Source of the DNA: Bacteroidales bacterium
GTDB lineage: Bacteria; Bacteroidota; Bacteroidia; Bacteroidales; UBA12077
Direction of reading: 5' to 3'
NCBI GenBank assembly: GCA_028282585.1
Contig: JANQHR010000117.1
Coordinates: 10,277-74,276 of the forward strand
DNA length: 64,000 nt
Under the pieces are notes generated by a model, which was given only the letters and a program-made list of their open reading frames with translations, was not told the origin of the DNA and ran no database searches. This document shows positions 37,763-47,007 of this stretch, piece after piece. Both the position numbers and the translations under genes were made by a program. Every line of letters starts with the position of its first letter. Positions within the stretch are counted from its first letter, which is position 1.

Positions 37763-38161
37763 TTAAATAAGTTTGATGGAGTTTATTTTGTTTGTTCGTT
37801 CAAAAGAAAACGTTTTACTCGAATTATCAATATATTCATATAGTTCTAATGCTTTGTTTAAATACTTTTGACTATCAGAAAATTGATCGTTACCAAGAGT
37901 AAGAAATAAATCCGCCAGAAGTTCAATATTTTCAAAACTGAATCCGTTTGATTTGACTAATTCTTTTTCAAAATCTTTTGGTTCAATGTTAAAAAAATAT
38001 TCAAATTCCTTTTCATGTTTTTCTTTAAATTTTTCTCTAATCAGTTTTTCAGTTGTTTGGTATTCTTCTTTTGATCTCGAGGGTTTATACTTTCCCAATA
38101 AGTACTGAATAAGAATGGTAATTTTTTCAATTTCCCGCAGAATATAATCTCTTCTTTCCAT
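37763..38161 (-). CDS. Hypothetical helical protein
   Basis: 132 aa ORF co-oriented with neighbours; RRDYILREIEK N-terminus; TPR-like C-terminus. Confidence 0.65.
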   Translation of the reverse strand: MERRDYILREIEKITILIQYLLGKYKPSRSKEEYQTTEKLIREKFKEKHEKEFEYFFNIEPKDFEKELVKSNGFSFENIELLADLFLTLGNDQFSDSQKYLNKALELYEYIDNSSKTFSFERTNKINSIKLI

Positions 38162-38368
38162 AAAGTTATGTAGTTTTTGTTTTTAAATGTTGAACAAGTT
38201 ACAAAATATAAGAAAGATGTCTCTTCTAATATTGTTTGCGGTTTATATATTGAAATATTTTAATGTATTAGGAACGTACTTTATTTGAACATGTTTTCAA
38301 AAAAATTGTCTTAAAATAAAAAATTGGATATTAAACATGTACTTGTTATTAATTTAGAATTACAAAAT

Positions 38369-39121
38369 ATGAAAATAGATCTTAACGCCGATTTAGGAGA
38401 AAGTTTTGGTAGACATATTAAAGGAAACGATGCTGAAATTATAAAATATGTAACATCAGCAAGTATAGCTTGTGGTTATCACGGAGGTGATCCCTTAACA
38501 ATTGAAAACACTATTAAATTAGCATTAGAGAATAATGTAACAATAGGAGCGCATCCTAGTTATGATGATTTGGTTGGGTTTGGGCGGCGTTCGATGAAGG
38601 TTAGTGATGAAGATTTATTTTCTATGATTCTATACCAGGTAGGTGCTTTGAAAGCTATGACAGAAGCATTAGGAGGAAAGTTAAGGCATGTTAAACCTCA
38701 TGGTGCAATGTATAATGATTTAGCGAATAGTCTACCAAAAGCAAAGGTTGTTGCAGAAGCTATTCTTAAAATTGACCCTGAATTAGTTTTTGTTGGTTTG
38801 GCAAACTCAGAAATTCAACATGCAGCCCATGAAATGAGATTAAAAAGTGCATGCGAAGTTTTCGCAGATAGGGCTTATAATGATGACGGATCTCTTGTAT
38901 CACGACATAAGTATGGTGCAGTTTTTGGAAATGAAGAAGCTTGTATGAACCAGGTAAAACAGATTTTAACCGAACAATCAGTTACTTCAATAAATGGAAA
39001 TACCGTAGAAATGTGCGTAGATACTATTGGTATTCATGCTGATAACCTCGAAGCGCTTAATTTTGTTAAGTCTTTTCACAATTATTTAAAAGAAAACAAT
39101 ATTAAGGTTAGAAGCTTATAG
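38369..39121 (+). CDS. pxpA: 5-oxoprolinase subunit A (LamB/YcsF), orphan paralog
   Basis: IDLNADLGESFG, IACGYHGGDP, HVKPHGAMYN, EVFADRAY. Start taken at ATG 38369. Confidence 0.88.
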   Translation: MKIDLNADLGESFGRHIKGNDAEIIKYVTSASIACGYHGGDPLTIENTIKLALENNVTIGAHPSYDDLVGFGRRSMKVSDEDLFSMILYQVGALKAMTEALGGKLRHVKPHGAMYNDLANSLPKAKVVAEAILKIDPELVFVGLANSEIQHAAHEMRLKSACEVFADRAYNDDGSLVSRHKYGAVFGNEEACMNQVKQILTEQSVTSINGNTVEMCVDTIGIHADNLEALNFVKSFHNYLKENNIKVRSL

Positions 39122-39123
39122 TT

Positions 39124-39933
39124 TTAACTTACTCGCTTTAAAACAAAACTCATATAAACTGAGTTTCCTGAAAGTAAAGATTCGGAAGTTTCCATGTCCT
39201 TTGTTTTTAGAAATGGATTAAAAGCTTTTTTCATAAATTCAGGAATTCGTTCCTTTCCAAATTTATTTTGATGAATTGTTTCATCATTAATAAAAGCAGC
39301 AATATTTTTGCTAATGTCATTTTTAAAATCGATAGTAAACCCTGCCATTCTTAGCTGATGCTTAACTGTTTCCAGTTTTCTTTTTTCAATAATATCGGCA
39401 AAAATAAAAACTGAGTCTTTTCGTAAGACACGGTATACCTCATTACAAAATTTTGAAAAATCATTATAAAACCTGGAAGCCCCAACATTTATCACAAAAT
39501 CAAAACTCTCTTTTACAAATGGTAAATCTTCTTCACTTCCCTTTTTAAATGATAAACCCGGTTCATTATAATAACTATTACAAAAATTAATAAGGCTATT
39601 GGTATTTTCTATACCCGTATATGTTTTAGGAGCGTAATAGCGATTTATATAAGAGGCACCTCCTCCTCGTTTTGAACTTACTTCCAAAATATCTTTGTAA
39701 TGCAAATCGACTTTTGAGATAGCATGGTCATATAATTGGATAAAGTATCTGTTTTTTTCATCATCATGTAATAGGTTAATTTCTTCATTTTCTGATAATG
39801 ACTTGTAACCATAGTTCATGAAGTTGTTTACTTTTTTTGTATCAGTATGATTCATTAATTTATTTAATATTTCCCATCTGGGCTTTTTGCCGGTTTCACA
39901 ATTATGACAACTATTTTGGTTAGATAAACTCAT
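39124..39933 (-). CDS. Class I SAM-dependent methyltransferase-like protein with degenerate motif I
   Basis: FMNYGY, IQLYDH, LEVSSKRGGG (canonical LEVGCGRGGG), EVYRVLR. Confidence 0.7.
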   Translation of the reverse strand: MSLSNQNSCHNCETGKKPRWEILNKLMNHTDTKKVNNFMNYGYKSLSENEEINLLHDDEKNRYFIQLYDHAISKVDLHYKDILEVSSKRGGGASYINRYYAPKTYTGIENTNSLINFCNSYYNEPGLSFKKGSEEDLPFVKESFDFVINVGASRFYNDFSKFCNEVYRVLRKDSVFIFADIIEKRKLETVKHQLRMAGFTIDFKNDISKNIAAFINDETIHQNKFGKERIPEFMKKAFNPFLKTKDMETSESLLSGNSVYMSFVLKRVS

Positions 39934-40002
39934 TGTTAAAAATCTTAATGTTTATTAACGACAATTATAAATCCTGTATTGGAAATAATGAAAAAAAAGG
40001 TG

Positions 40003-40069
40003 TAAGTGACTAAAATAGGGGATAAGTAAAGTAAAATATGGGTAAATGAAACTAAAGTAGGGATGAGTG
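40003..40069. promoter_or_regulatory. 21-bp-period direct repeats, candidate LytTR operator
   Basis: TAAAATAGGG (40011), TAAAATATGG (40032), TAAAGTAGGG (40053), between the LytTR gene and the methyltransferase. Confidence 0.6.
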
Positions 40070-40078
40070 GCACTTATT

Positions 40079-40906
40079 TTAGATAGGATTTAACTCTTCT
40101 TTTACCTTTAATAAATAATGCCTTGAAACGGGAATTTCTTCATTATTAGTCATTTCAAGTATGTTTCCCTTATAATTTTTAACTAACCTATTAACATTGT
40201 TAAGATTTACAATATAAGTTCTGTGGCATCGAACAAAATTGGGATAGGATTCCAATTGTATTTCAATGTTTTTTAATGTACTACGTAAAAGTTTTTTGCG
40301 AAAATCGTCTTTGTGTTTATAATTTATCTCCACATAATTATCGGCAGCTTTAATCGTAAAAATATTGTTAAAACTTAATTCAACCTTCTCTGATTTGTTT
40401 TCAGATTTGAGTTCTATTTTGTTAGGAATTTTATCTTGTTTTACATAAATGTCTGAATTGAATGCATCACCGTTTATAGCTTTTAATTGATAATATTGTG
40501 ATCTAAGCCTGTATAATAGTCTTATTAAAACAACAACAGAAAGACAAATTATAACAATTTTAAAAACTGTATAAAATGATATACTGGTTTTACCAACATA
40601 CCTTAAATAAAAAGTAAAAGCAACTGAGTTAAATATCAAAGCAAATGTGCTCAATATTAGTGGTGGTCCAAATTCCCAATCTGTAATACGATAGGATTTT
40701 GAAAAAACTGTTGGCACAGCAATATAAAAAAGGTTATTAAATAAAAATATGATCCCACTAAAACCAGAAAAAAAGATTATAAGATTATTTACATTGCTAT
40801 AACTAGCTTCGAATGGGCGAAAAAATAAGATGAATAAAAAAACACCAATACTAAAATTAGAATTAAGTTTAAGGTTGTATCTAAGTTCTCTATTGAAAGA
40901 AGTCAT
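40079..40906 (-). CDS. Membrane-bound LytTR transcriptional regulator
   Basis: Four N-terminal TM helices; IKAADNYV, FVRCHRTYIVN, IPVSR. Confidence 0.9.
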   Translation of the reverse strand: MTSFNRELRYNLKLNSNFSIGVFLFILFFRPFEASYSNVNNLIIFFSGFSGIIFLFNNLFYIAVPTVFSKSYRITDWEFGPPLILSTFALIFNSVAFTFYLRYVGKTSISFYTVFKIVIICLSVVVLIRLLYRLRSQYYQLKAINGDAFNSDIYVKQDKIPNKIELKSENKSEKVELSFNNIFTIKAADNYVEINYKHKDDFRKKLLRSTLKNIEIQLESYPNFVRCHRTYIVNLNNVNRLVKNYKGNILEMTNNEEIPVSRHYLLKVKEELNPI

Positions 40907-41092
40907 AATAATGAAAATAACTAAATCAAAAAAGTGAAGATACTATTTATTAAGTTTACATCAAATTCATAACTATATTTAAAGTATTGGATGAAGTTTA
41001 AAATATTACTTAATAAGTCTTTTAAATGTTAATAAGGTGTTAACACTTAATTAAACTAAACATTTTCAGTTTAAATGCGTTTAATTTGTGGT

Positions 41093-41479
41093 ATGAAAAA
41101 GTTTGTTTCGGTCATAATATCCATTATTTACCTTTCACTCTCAACAGATGCTATGGTTACTTTGCATTATTGTGGAGGCGAACTGGAAAGTATCAAATTA
41201 AATTCTGAAACTCAAACTTGTTGTTGTGGTATTGATTGGATGTCAACAACCTGCTGCGAAAACGAATGGTTTATACTAGATATTGATATTGACGAAAATA
41301 TTGCTTTTTCTTCTGATATTTCGTTTAAGAATTTTTCAAATGTTGTTTATTCAAATCTAACTTTAGATATTTTCATTGAAGAAGATTTTGAAGATGAGCA
41401 ACTTACAAAATATAATTTACCACCTCCTAAGCCACAACCTACCTGGCTTATGAACAGTTCTTTTATTTTTTACGGATAA
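41093..41479 (+). CDS. HYC_CC_PP family protein
   Basis: LHYCGG, CCCG..CCE, C-terminal PPPKP; upstream of HMA and TonB genes. Start taken at ATG 41093. Confidence 0.82.
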   Translation: MKKFVSVIISIIYLSLSTDAMVTLHYCGGELESIKLNSETQTCCCGIDWMSTTCCENEWFILDIDIDENIAFSSDISFKNFSNVVYSNLTLDIFIEEDFEDEQLTKYNLPPPKPQPTWLMNSSFIFYG

Positions 41480-41481
41480 GA

Positions 41482-41567
41482 TTTAATTGTTTTGTTTATT
41501 TCTAAAATTCAGATTATCAAAGAATCTGAAACAGGAATTTAGCTAATTAATAAGTTAAACAATTAAA
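41482..41567 (+). promoter_or_regulatory. Long stem-loop between the HYC_CC_PP stop and the next start
   Basis: TTTAATTGTTT (41482-92) pairs with AAACAATTAAA (41557-67); inner TTCAGATT (41508-15) pairs with AATCTGAA (41523-30). Confidence 0.6.
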
Positions 41568-41576
41568 ATAAATATC

Positions 41577-41927
41577 ATGAAAACAATATTTTTAATAACC
41601 GTAATTACACTTTTTTCAATTAATACATACGCTCAAAACAAATCTTCAAAAGTAGAAACAACCAAATTTGAGGTAAAAGGTGTTTGTGATATGTGCAAAG
41701 AACGTATCGAAAATGCTGCACTTATTAAAGGTGTTAAATGGGTAGAGTGGGATAAAGCTACCGATACTTTAACTGTTATTTATAGAAAGGATAAAATTGA
41801 TATTCTGGAAGTGCATAAATCAGTAGCTGAAGTTGGTCATACAACTGATAAAGTTGAGTGTAATATGGAAGCTTACAACAAATTACCCGCATGCTGCGCA
41901 TACATGGATGGTGTTGAGAAACATTAA
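41577..41927 (+). CDS. Secreted heavy-metal-associated (HMA) domain protein
   Basis: Signal peptide; GVCDMCKERIE; LPACC. Confidence 0.88.
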   Translation: MKTIFLITVITLFSINTYAQNKSSKVETTKFEVKGVCDMCKERIENAALIKGVKWVEWDKATDTLTVIYRKDKIDILEVHKSVAEVGHTTDKVECNMEAYNKLPACCAYMDGVEKH

Positions 41928-41929
41928 AT

Positions 41930-44167
41930 ATGAAAAGGTTTACAATGCTGATTTTGCTGGCTTTGAATTTCCAATTTATTCTGGCGCAGCAGAATATTAG
42001 TTACTTGAAAGGTAAAGTTAAAGAGCAAAATCAAGGGGAAGATATTCCTGTTATTGGTGCAAATGTTTATTGGAGCGGCACAACTATTGGTACGACAACT
42101 GATTCAAAAGGGAATTTTAAGCTAACGAAGTTAAAATCTAATAATCAATTAGTAGTTAGTTATGTAGGTTACCAAAGTGATACCATAACGGTTGATAACC
42201 AGGATTATGTAATTGTTGCTTTGAAAACTTCTACGGAACTGGATGAAGTGGTGGTTTCTTTTAAACGCAATACAACTGAATTTTCACTACTGGAACCGGT
42301 TAATACAAAAGTGATGGGAGAGAGGGAGCTTCTTAAAGCTGCTTGTTGTAACTTAAGTGAAAGTTTTGAGACCAACCCTTCGGTCGATGTATCATTTACA
42401 GATGCGATCACGGGAACTCGCCAAATTCAAATGCTGGGACTGGCCGGGCCTTATACTCAAATCACACGAGAGAATATGCCTGATATTCGAGGATTGTCAT
42501 CCATTTACGGATTGACCTATATTCCGGGAACTTGGATTGAAAATATACATTTGAATAAAGGAGCAGGAACGGTAATAAATGGTTTTGAAAGTATTGCCGG
42601 ACAAATTGATGTTAATTTAAGAAATCCTGCTAATATGGATAAACTGTATTTAAATTTTTACGGGAATCAGCGGGGACGGGTTGAGGCAAATGCAAACATT
42701 CAAACTGATGTTGGTAAAAATTTGGGTACAGCTGTTTTACTTCATGGTATGAATAATTCTTTTGGACAAGATCATAATAATGATAATTTTCTGGATCATC
42801 CAACAGGTCAACAATATGTAATTTTAAACCGGTGGGAATTATATAGTGACCGGGGATTACGTTTTCAGTTTGGTGCTAAAGGAACCTATATTGATAAGTT
42901 TGGAGGAGAATCAGGTTTTGATCCGGATATTGATCGCGGAACTACCAACGCGTGGGGGTTAAATATCAAAACAGAACGTTATGAGGCATGGTCGAAGCTG
43001 GGTAGGGTAAATATGGATAAACCATGGCAAAGTCTGGGATTTCAGGTTTTGGGTGCATTTCATGATCAGGAATCGTATTTTGGATTAACTGACTATAATG
43101 CGCAACAAAAAAGCTTTTATTCAAACTTAATTTTTCAGTCACAAATTAATAATACCAACCATCAGTTTAAAACCGGGTTAAGTTTTCAATATGATGACTA
43201 TAATGAGGATTTGAATAATTTAAAATATGACAGATTGGAGTATGTCCCGGGAGCTTTTTTCGAATATACCTATAAACATTTGGAGAAGTTTGATGCAATT
43301 CTGGGCATAAGGGGAGATTATCATAATGAATATGGATCGTTTTTGACTCCAAGAGCCCATTTAAGGTATTCATTAACTGATAAAATAACATTAAGAGCAT
43401 CAGGAGGGCGTGGTTTACGTTCAGCTAATATTATTTCTGAAAACATAGGAATACTTGCTAGTTCACGTGAAATTATTATTAATGGAGATGGAAGCAACAA
43501 ACCATTTGGACTTGATCCTGAAATTGCATGGAATTATGGGCTAAATCTTACATATAAGTTTGTTTTGGATTATAGAAATGGAAGTGTTAACGTTGACTTT
43601 TACAGAACCGATTTCCAAAATCAGATTGTTATGGATTTGGATCAAGATCCACAGCAGGCAATATTTTATAATTTGGATGGTGAATCATATTCAAATAGTT
43701 TTCAGGCGCAAATTGATTATGAGTTAATTAAACGCTTAGATGTTCGGGTTGCATACAGATGGTACGATGTAAAAACAACCTATAATAACGAATTGTTAGA
43801 TAAACCATTAACATCAAACCATAGAGCATTTATAAATCTGGCATACAATTCAAGGAAGCATTGGAGTTTTGATTATACTATTAACTGGCAAGGAGAAAAG
43901 CGAATACCAGGAACAGAAACAAACCCTGTGGAATACCAGTTAGATGAGTACTCTCCTAATTTCTTTATCATGAATGCTCAAATCAGTAAAAGTTGGCAAC
44001 AAAAGTTTGACGTGTATGTAGGTGTGGAAAACATCTTAAGTTATAAACAAGAGAATCCGATAATAGCGAGTAATGATCCGTTTGGACAATATTTTGACAG
44101 CTCTTTAATTTGGGGGCCAATAAACGGAAGAAATATATACCTCGGGTTAAGATATAAGATAAAGTAG
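41930..44167 (+). CDS. TonB-dependent receptor, probably metal uptake
   Basis: Carboxypeptidase-like N-domain, plug AACCNLSESFETNPSVD, C-terminal GRNIYLGLRYKIK. Confidence 0.92.
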   Translation: MKRFTMLILLALNFQFILAQQNISYLKGKVKEQNQGEDIPVIGANVYWSGTTIGTTTDSKGNFKLTKLKSNNQLVVSYVGYQSDTITVDNQDYVIVALKTSTELDEVVVSFKRNTTEFSLLEPVNTKVMGERELLKAACCNLSESFETNPSVDVSFTDAITGTRQIQMLGLAGPYTQITRENMPDIRGLSSIYGLTYIPGTWIENIHLNKGAGTVINGFESIAGQIDVNLRNPANMDKLYLNFYGNQRGRVEANANIQTDVGKNLGTAVLLHGMNNSFGQDHNNDNFLDHPTGQQYVILNRWELYSDRGLRFQFGAKGTYIDKFGGESGFDPDIDRGTTNAWGLNIKTERYEAWSKLGRVNMDKPWQSLGFQVLGAFHDQESYFGLTDYNAQQKSFYSNLIFQSQINNTNHQFKTGLSFQYDDYNEDLNNLKYDRLEYVPGAFFEYTYKHLEKFDAILGIRGDYHNEYGSFLTPRAHLRYSLTDKITLRASGGRGLRSANIISENIGILASSREIIINGDGSNKPFGLDPEIAWNYGLNLTYKFVLDYRNGSVNVDFYRTDFQNQIVMDLDQDPQQAIFYNLDGESYSNSFQAQIDYELIKRLDVRVAYRWYDVKTTYNNELLDKPLTSNHRAFINLAYNSRKHWSFDYTINWQGEKRIPGTETNPVEYQLDEYSPNFFIMNAQISKSWQQKFDVYVGVENILSYKQENPIIASNDPFGQYFDSSLIWGPINGRNIYLGLRYKIK

Positions 44168-44266
44168 CTATGGGCCAAAGATTACAAATGTGTTGTTCCT
44201 GTTAACTGTTACAGTGAACCATAAGATTTAAAAGTGAGTTTAATAATTAGCCGGAATGTAATATAA

Positions 44267-44304
44267 ATGTAATATCCTCAATTATTTGGGGATATTATAT
44301 TTTT
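44267..44304 (+). terminator. Probable intrinsic terminator
   Basis: ATGTAATATCCTCAA-TTAT-TTGGGGATATTATAT followed by T-run. Confidence 0.55.
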
Positions 44305-44320
44305 ATAATGAACAAATAAG

Positions 44321-44354
44321 TTGTATTTTAAAATAATTATCGTACATTTGCGAT
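44321..44354 (+). promoter_or_regulatory. arsR promoter overlapped by candidate ArsR operator
   Basis: TTG (44321), 19 nt, TACATTTG (44343, matches TAnnTTTG), inside the palindrome ATCGT-N6-GCGAT (44339-44354). Confidence 0.7.
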
Positions 44355-44366
44355 GAACGATTTAAT

Positions 44367-44663
44367 ATGAAAAAGGAAGATTTTAAATATCAAGAAGATC
44401 ACATTAAATTAGCCAGGTTTGCTAAAGCTCTTTCTCATCCTGCCAGATTACATATTCTAAATTTTTTAAGTTGCTGTGACAGGTGTTACACTGGTAACAT
44501 TGTTGATGAATTGCCAATTGCGCAGTCATCCGTTTCACAGCATTTAAAGGAATTAAAAGAAGCTGGATTGATTCAGGGTACAATCGAAACACCAAAAGTT
44601 TATTATTGTATTAATAAAGAAAACTGGAAATTAGCGAAAGAGTTGTTTAAAGAGTTCTTTTAA
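44367..44663 (+). CDS. arsR: ArsR/SmtB family repressor
   Basis: KALSHPARL, SCCDRC, AQSSVSQHLKELKEAGLI. Confidence 0.9.
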   Translation: MKKEDFKYQEDHIKLARFAKALSHPARLHILNFLSCCDRCYTGNIVDELPIAQSSVSQHLKELKEAGLIQGTIETPKVYYCINKENWKLAKELFKEFF

Positions 44664-44680
44664 TTTTTTTGGACAAAATC

Positions 44681-44696
44681 ATCGTTTATTCACGAT
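44681..44696 (+). promoter_or_regulatory. Second candidate ArsR operator
   Basis: Perfect ATCGT-TTATTC-ACGAT palindrome, same form as 44339-44354. Confidence 0.6.
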
Positions 44697-44705
44697 TAAC
44701 TATAA

Positions 44706-44819
44706 ATGCAATTAAAAAACTTATCCCATGAAAAAAAAAATGAAAAATGCAGGAGAAAATGTATCGAAGAATGCAAGAATCTAAATTCTCGAAAGAAGAA
44801 AACCTGCACAATACTTTAA
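44706..44819 (+). CDS. Candidate 37-aa Cys-rich small protein
   Basis: Manual translation MQLKNLSHEKKNEKCRRKCIEECKNLNSRKKKTCTIL*; below the ORF-track cutoff. Confidence 0.3.
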   Translation: MQLKNLSHEKKNEKCRRKCIEECKNLNSRKKKTCTIL

Positions 44820-44849
44820 AAGATTTTGTTGAATAAAATTAGATAGATT

Positions 44850-45641
44850 ATGGAAAATTCAGAAAAGTTAAAAGAAACAGTCAAAGAAAAGTATGCTGAA
44901 ATTGTACGTGGTCAGAATGAATGTTGTTGCGGAAGTACGAATGAACATACAGAATATACTGTTTTTAACGAGAGTTATGAAAATCAGCCCGGATATGTAA
45001 AGGAAGCAGATTTAAACCTTGGATGTGGAGTCCCTACTGAATATGCAGGGATGAAACCGGGAGATTCAGTTTTAGATTTAGGTTCAGGTGCTGGAAATGA
45101 TTGCTTTGTTACCAGGTCAATAGTTGGTGAGAAAGGTCATGTAACCGGCCTTGACTTTACAAATGAAATGGTTCGAAAAGCAAATGCAAACCTTCTTACG
45201 CTTGGTTATAAGAATGTAAATTTTGTACTAGGGGATATTGAAAATATTCCTTTGGAAGATAATACATACGATGTTGCCATTAGCAATTGCGTTTTAAATT
45301 TAGTACCTGATAAAGTAAAAGCTTTCGAAGAAATCAAACGAGTATTAAAATCCGGTGGACATTTTTGTGTTTCTGATATTGTGTTAAACGGAGAGTTACC
45401 AGATAATATTAAAGAAGTTGCAGAATTATATGCCGGATGTGTTTCAGGAGCTTTGCAAATGGATGAATATCTAAGTATTATAGAGGAATCTGGATTTAAA
45501 CAAGTAGAAGTTAAAAAAGAACGGCAAATTAATGTTCCAGATGAAATGTTTTTAAAACATATTTCTCAAGATGATTTAAATAATTATAAGTTGTTGGGTA
45601 CTGGAATATACAGCATAACCGTAGTAGGAATAAAAGAATAA
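44850..45641 (+). CDS. arsM: Arsenite S-adenosylmethionine methyltransferase
   Basis: CCCG, LGCGVP, LDLGSGAG, SNCVLNL, GCVSGA; downstream of arsR. Confidence 0.93.
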   Translation: MENSEKLKETVKEKYAEIVRGQNECCCGSTNEHTEYTVFNESYENQPGYVKEADLNLGCGVPTEYAGMKPGDSVLDLGSGAGNDCFVTRSIVGEKGHVTGLDFTNEMVRKANANLLTLGYKNVNFVLGDIENIPLEDNTYDVAISNCVLNLVPDKVKAFEEIKRVLKSGGHFCVSDIVLNGELPDNIKEVAELYAGCVSGALQMDEYLSIIEESGFKQVEVKKERQINVPDEMFLKHISQDDLNNYKLLGTGIYSITVVGIKE

Positions 45642-45646
45642 GAATT

Positions 45647-45683
45647 AAAAGCTGAAGAATTTAACTTCAGCTTTTCCTTTTTT
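45647..45683 (+). terminator. Intrinsic terminator after arsM
   Basis: AAAAGCTGAAG-loop-CTTCAGCTTTT then T-rich tail. Confidence 0.75.
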
Positions 45684-45741
45684 CCAGCTTAGAGTATTTG
45701 CTAAGCAAAATTAATATACCTAATTTTCTGGTTCATTTTTA

Positions 45742-47001
45742 ATGAACATAATGAAAAGCAAAACTATAATAGAAAGAATCAAATCAATTGGTCCTGCAGC
45801 CTTGGTTACAGCCGCTTTTATTGGACCGGGTACTATAACAACTTGTTCCATTGCAGGAGCAAAATTCGGATATGCCCTTTTATGGGGTTTATTATTTTCA
45901 ATTATCGCAACCATCGTGTTGCAGGAAATGTCTGCACGATTGGGCATTGTAGCTCGAAAAGGACTAGGTGAAGCTTTACGGGAGCAGGCCCGCAATCCAA
46001 TTACAAAATTCATTACAGTGTTTTTGGTACTCTCGGCCATATTAATAGGAAATGCTGCATATGAAACCGGAAATATTTTAGGTGGGGCACTTGGTCTTGA
46101 AACCATTTCAGGAATTTCGTCTATATCCATTACAGATTCATTTAAAATAAATATTTGGGGACCATTAATTGGATTATCAGCATTTATTCTGATGATAATA
46201 GGAAGTTATAAGTCTATTGAAAGAATGTTAATTATTTTGGTAATCCTAATGAGTTTGGCTTTTATAACAACTTCAATTGTAATTATGCCGGTATGGAGCG
46301 AAATATTAAAAGGAATTTTTGTTCCATCGGTACCAAAGGGCTCTGCTTTAACCATAGTAGCATTAATTGGTACGACTGTTGTTCCTTACAATTTATTTTT
46401 GCATTCATCGGCAGTTCAGGAGAAGTGGAAAGATAAATCTGGATTAAATGAGGCGAGAACGGATATTTTTGTATCAATCATAATTGGAGGATTAATCTCC
46501 ATGTCAATTGTTGTAACTTCAGCGGTTGCTTTTTGGGGATCAAGCCATGAAATAAAGGGAGCTGGAGATTTGGCAATTCAACTCGAACCATTATTGGGAA
46601 ACTGGGCTAAAGTATTTTTAGCTTTCGGGTTATTTGCAGCCGGTATATCATCGGCAGTTACAGCACCACTTGCAGCAGCTTATGCAACTTCAGGAATCTT
46701 AGGCTGGAAAAGAAATTTTAAGGATAAAAAGTTTAGATCAGTTTGGATTTTTATACTTTTAATTGGGATAATGTTTTCAGCATTAGGATTTAAACCTATT
46801 CAGGCAATTGTTTTTGCACAAATTACAAATGGCATTTTGTTGCCAATAATTGCTATATATTTACTTTGGGTAATGAACAGTAAAAAGATTTTGGGAGATT
46901 TTAGAAATAATTTATTTTCAAATGTAATTGGTTTTGCAGTTGTTTTAGTTGCAGTAGGACTTGGGGTAAGAAGTATTTTAAGTGTTCTTGGTTTAATATA
47001 A
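45742..47001 (+). CDS. Nramp-related (YcsG-like) transporter, probably 5-oxoproline linked
   Basis: AAFIGPGTITT, QEMSARLG, GTTVVPYNLFLHS; about 11 TM; directly upstream of pxpABC. Confidence 0.85.
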   Translation: MNIMKSKTIIERIKSIGPAALVTAAFIGPGTITTCSIAGAKFGYALLWGLLFSIIATIVLQEMSARLGIVARKGLGEALREQARNPITKFITVFLVLSAILIGNAAYETGNILGGALGLETISGISSISITDSFKINIWGPLIGLSAFILMIIGSYKSIERMLIILVILMSLAFITTSIVIMPVWSEILKGIFVPSVPKGSALTIVALIGTTVVPYNLFLHSSAVQEKWKDKSGLNEARTDIFVSIIIGGLISMSIVVTSAVAFWGSSHEIKGAGDLAIQLEPLLGNWAKVFLAFGLFAAGISSAVTAPLAAAYATSGILGWKRNFKDKKFRSVWIFILLIGIMFSALGFKPIQAIVFAQITNGILLPIIAIYLLWVMNSKKILGDFRNNLFSNVIGFAVVLVAVGLGVRSILSVLGLI

Positions 47002-47007
47002 TTTACC

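Noticed and set aside
44170-44224. Tiny Cys-containing frames after the TonB receptor (MGQRLQMCCSC*)
   Set aside because: Eleven codons with no independent support; likely chance.
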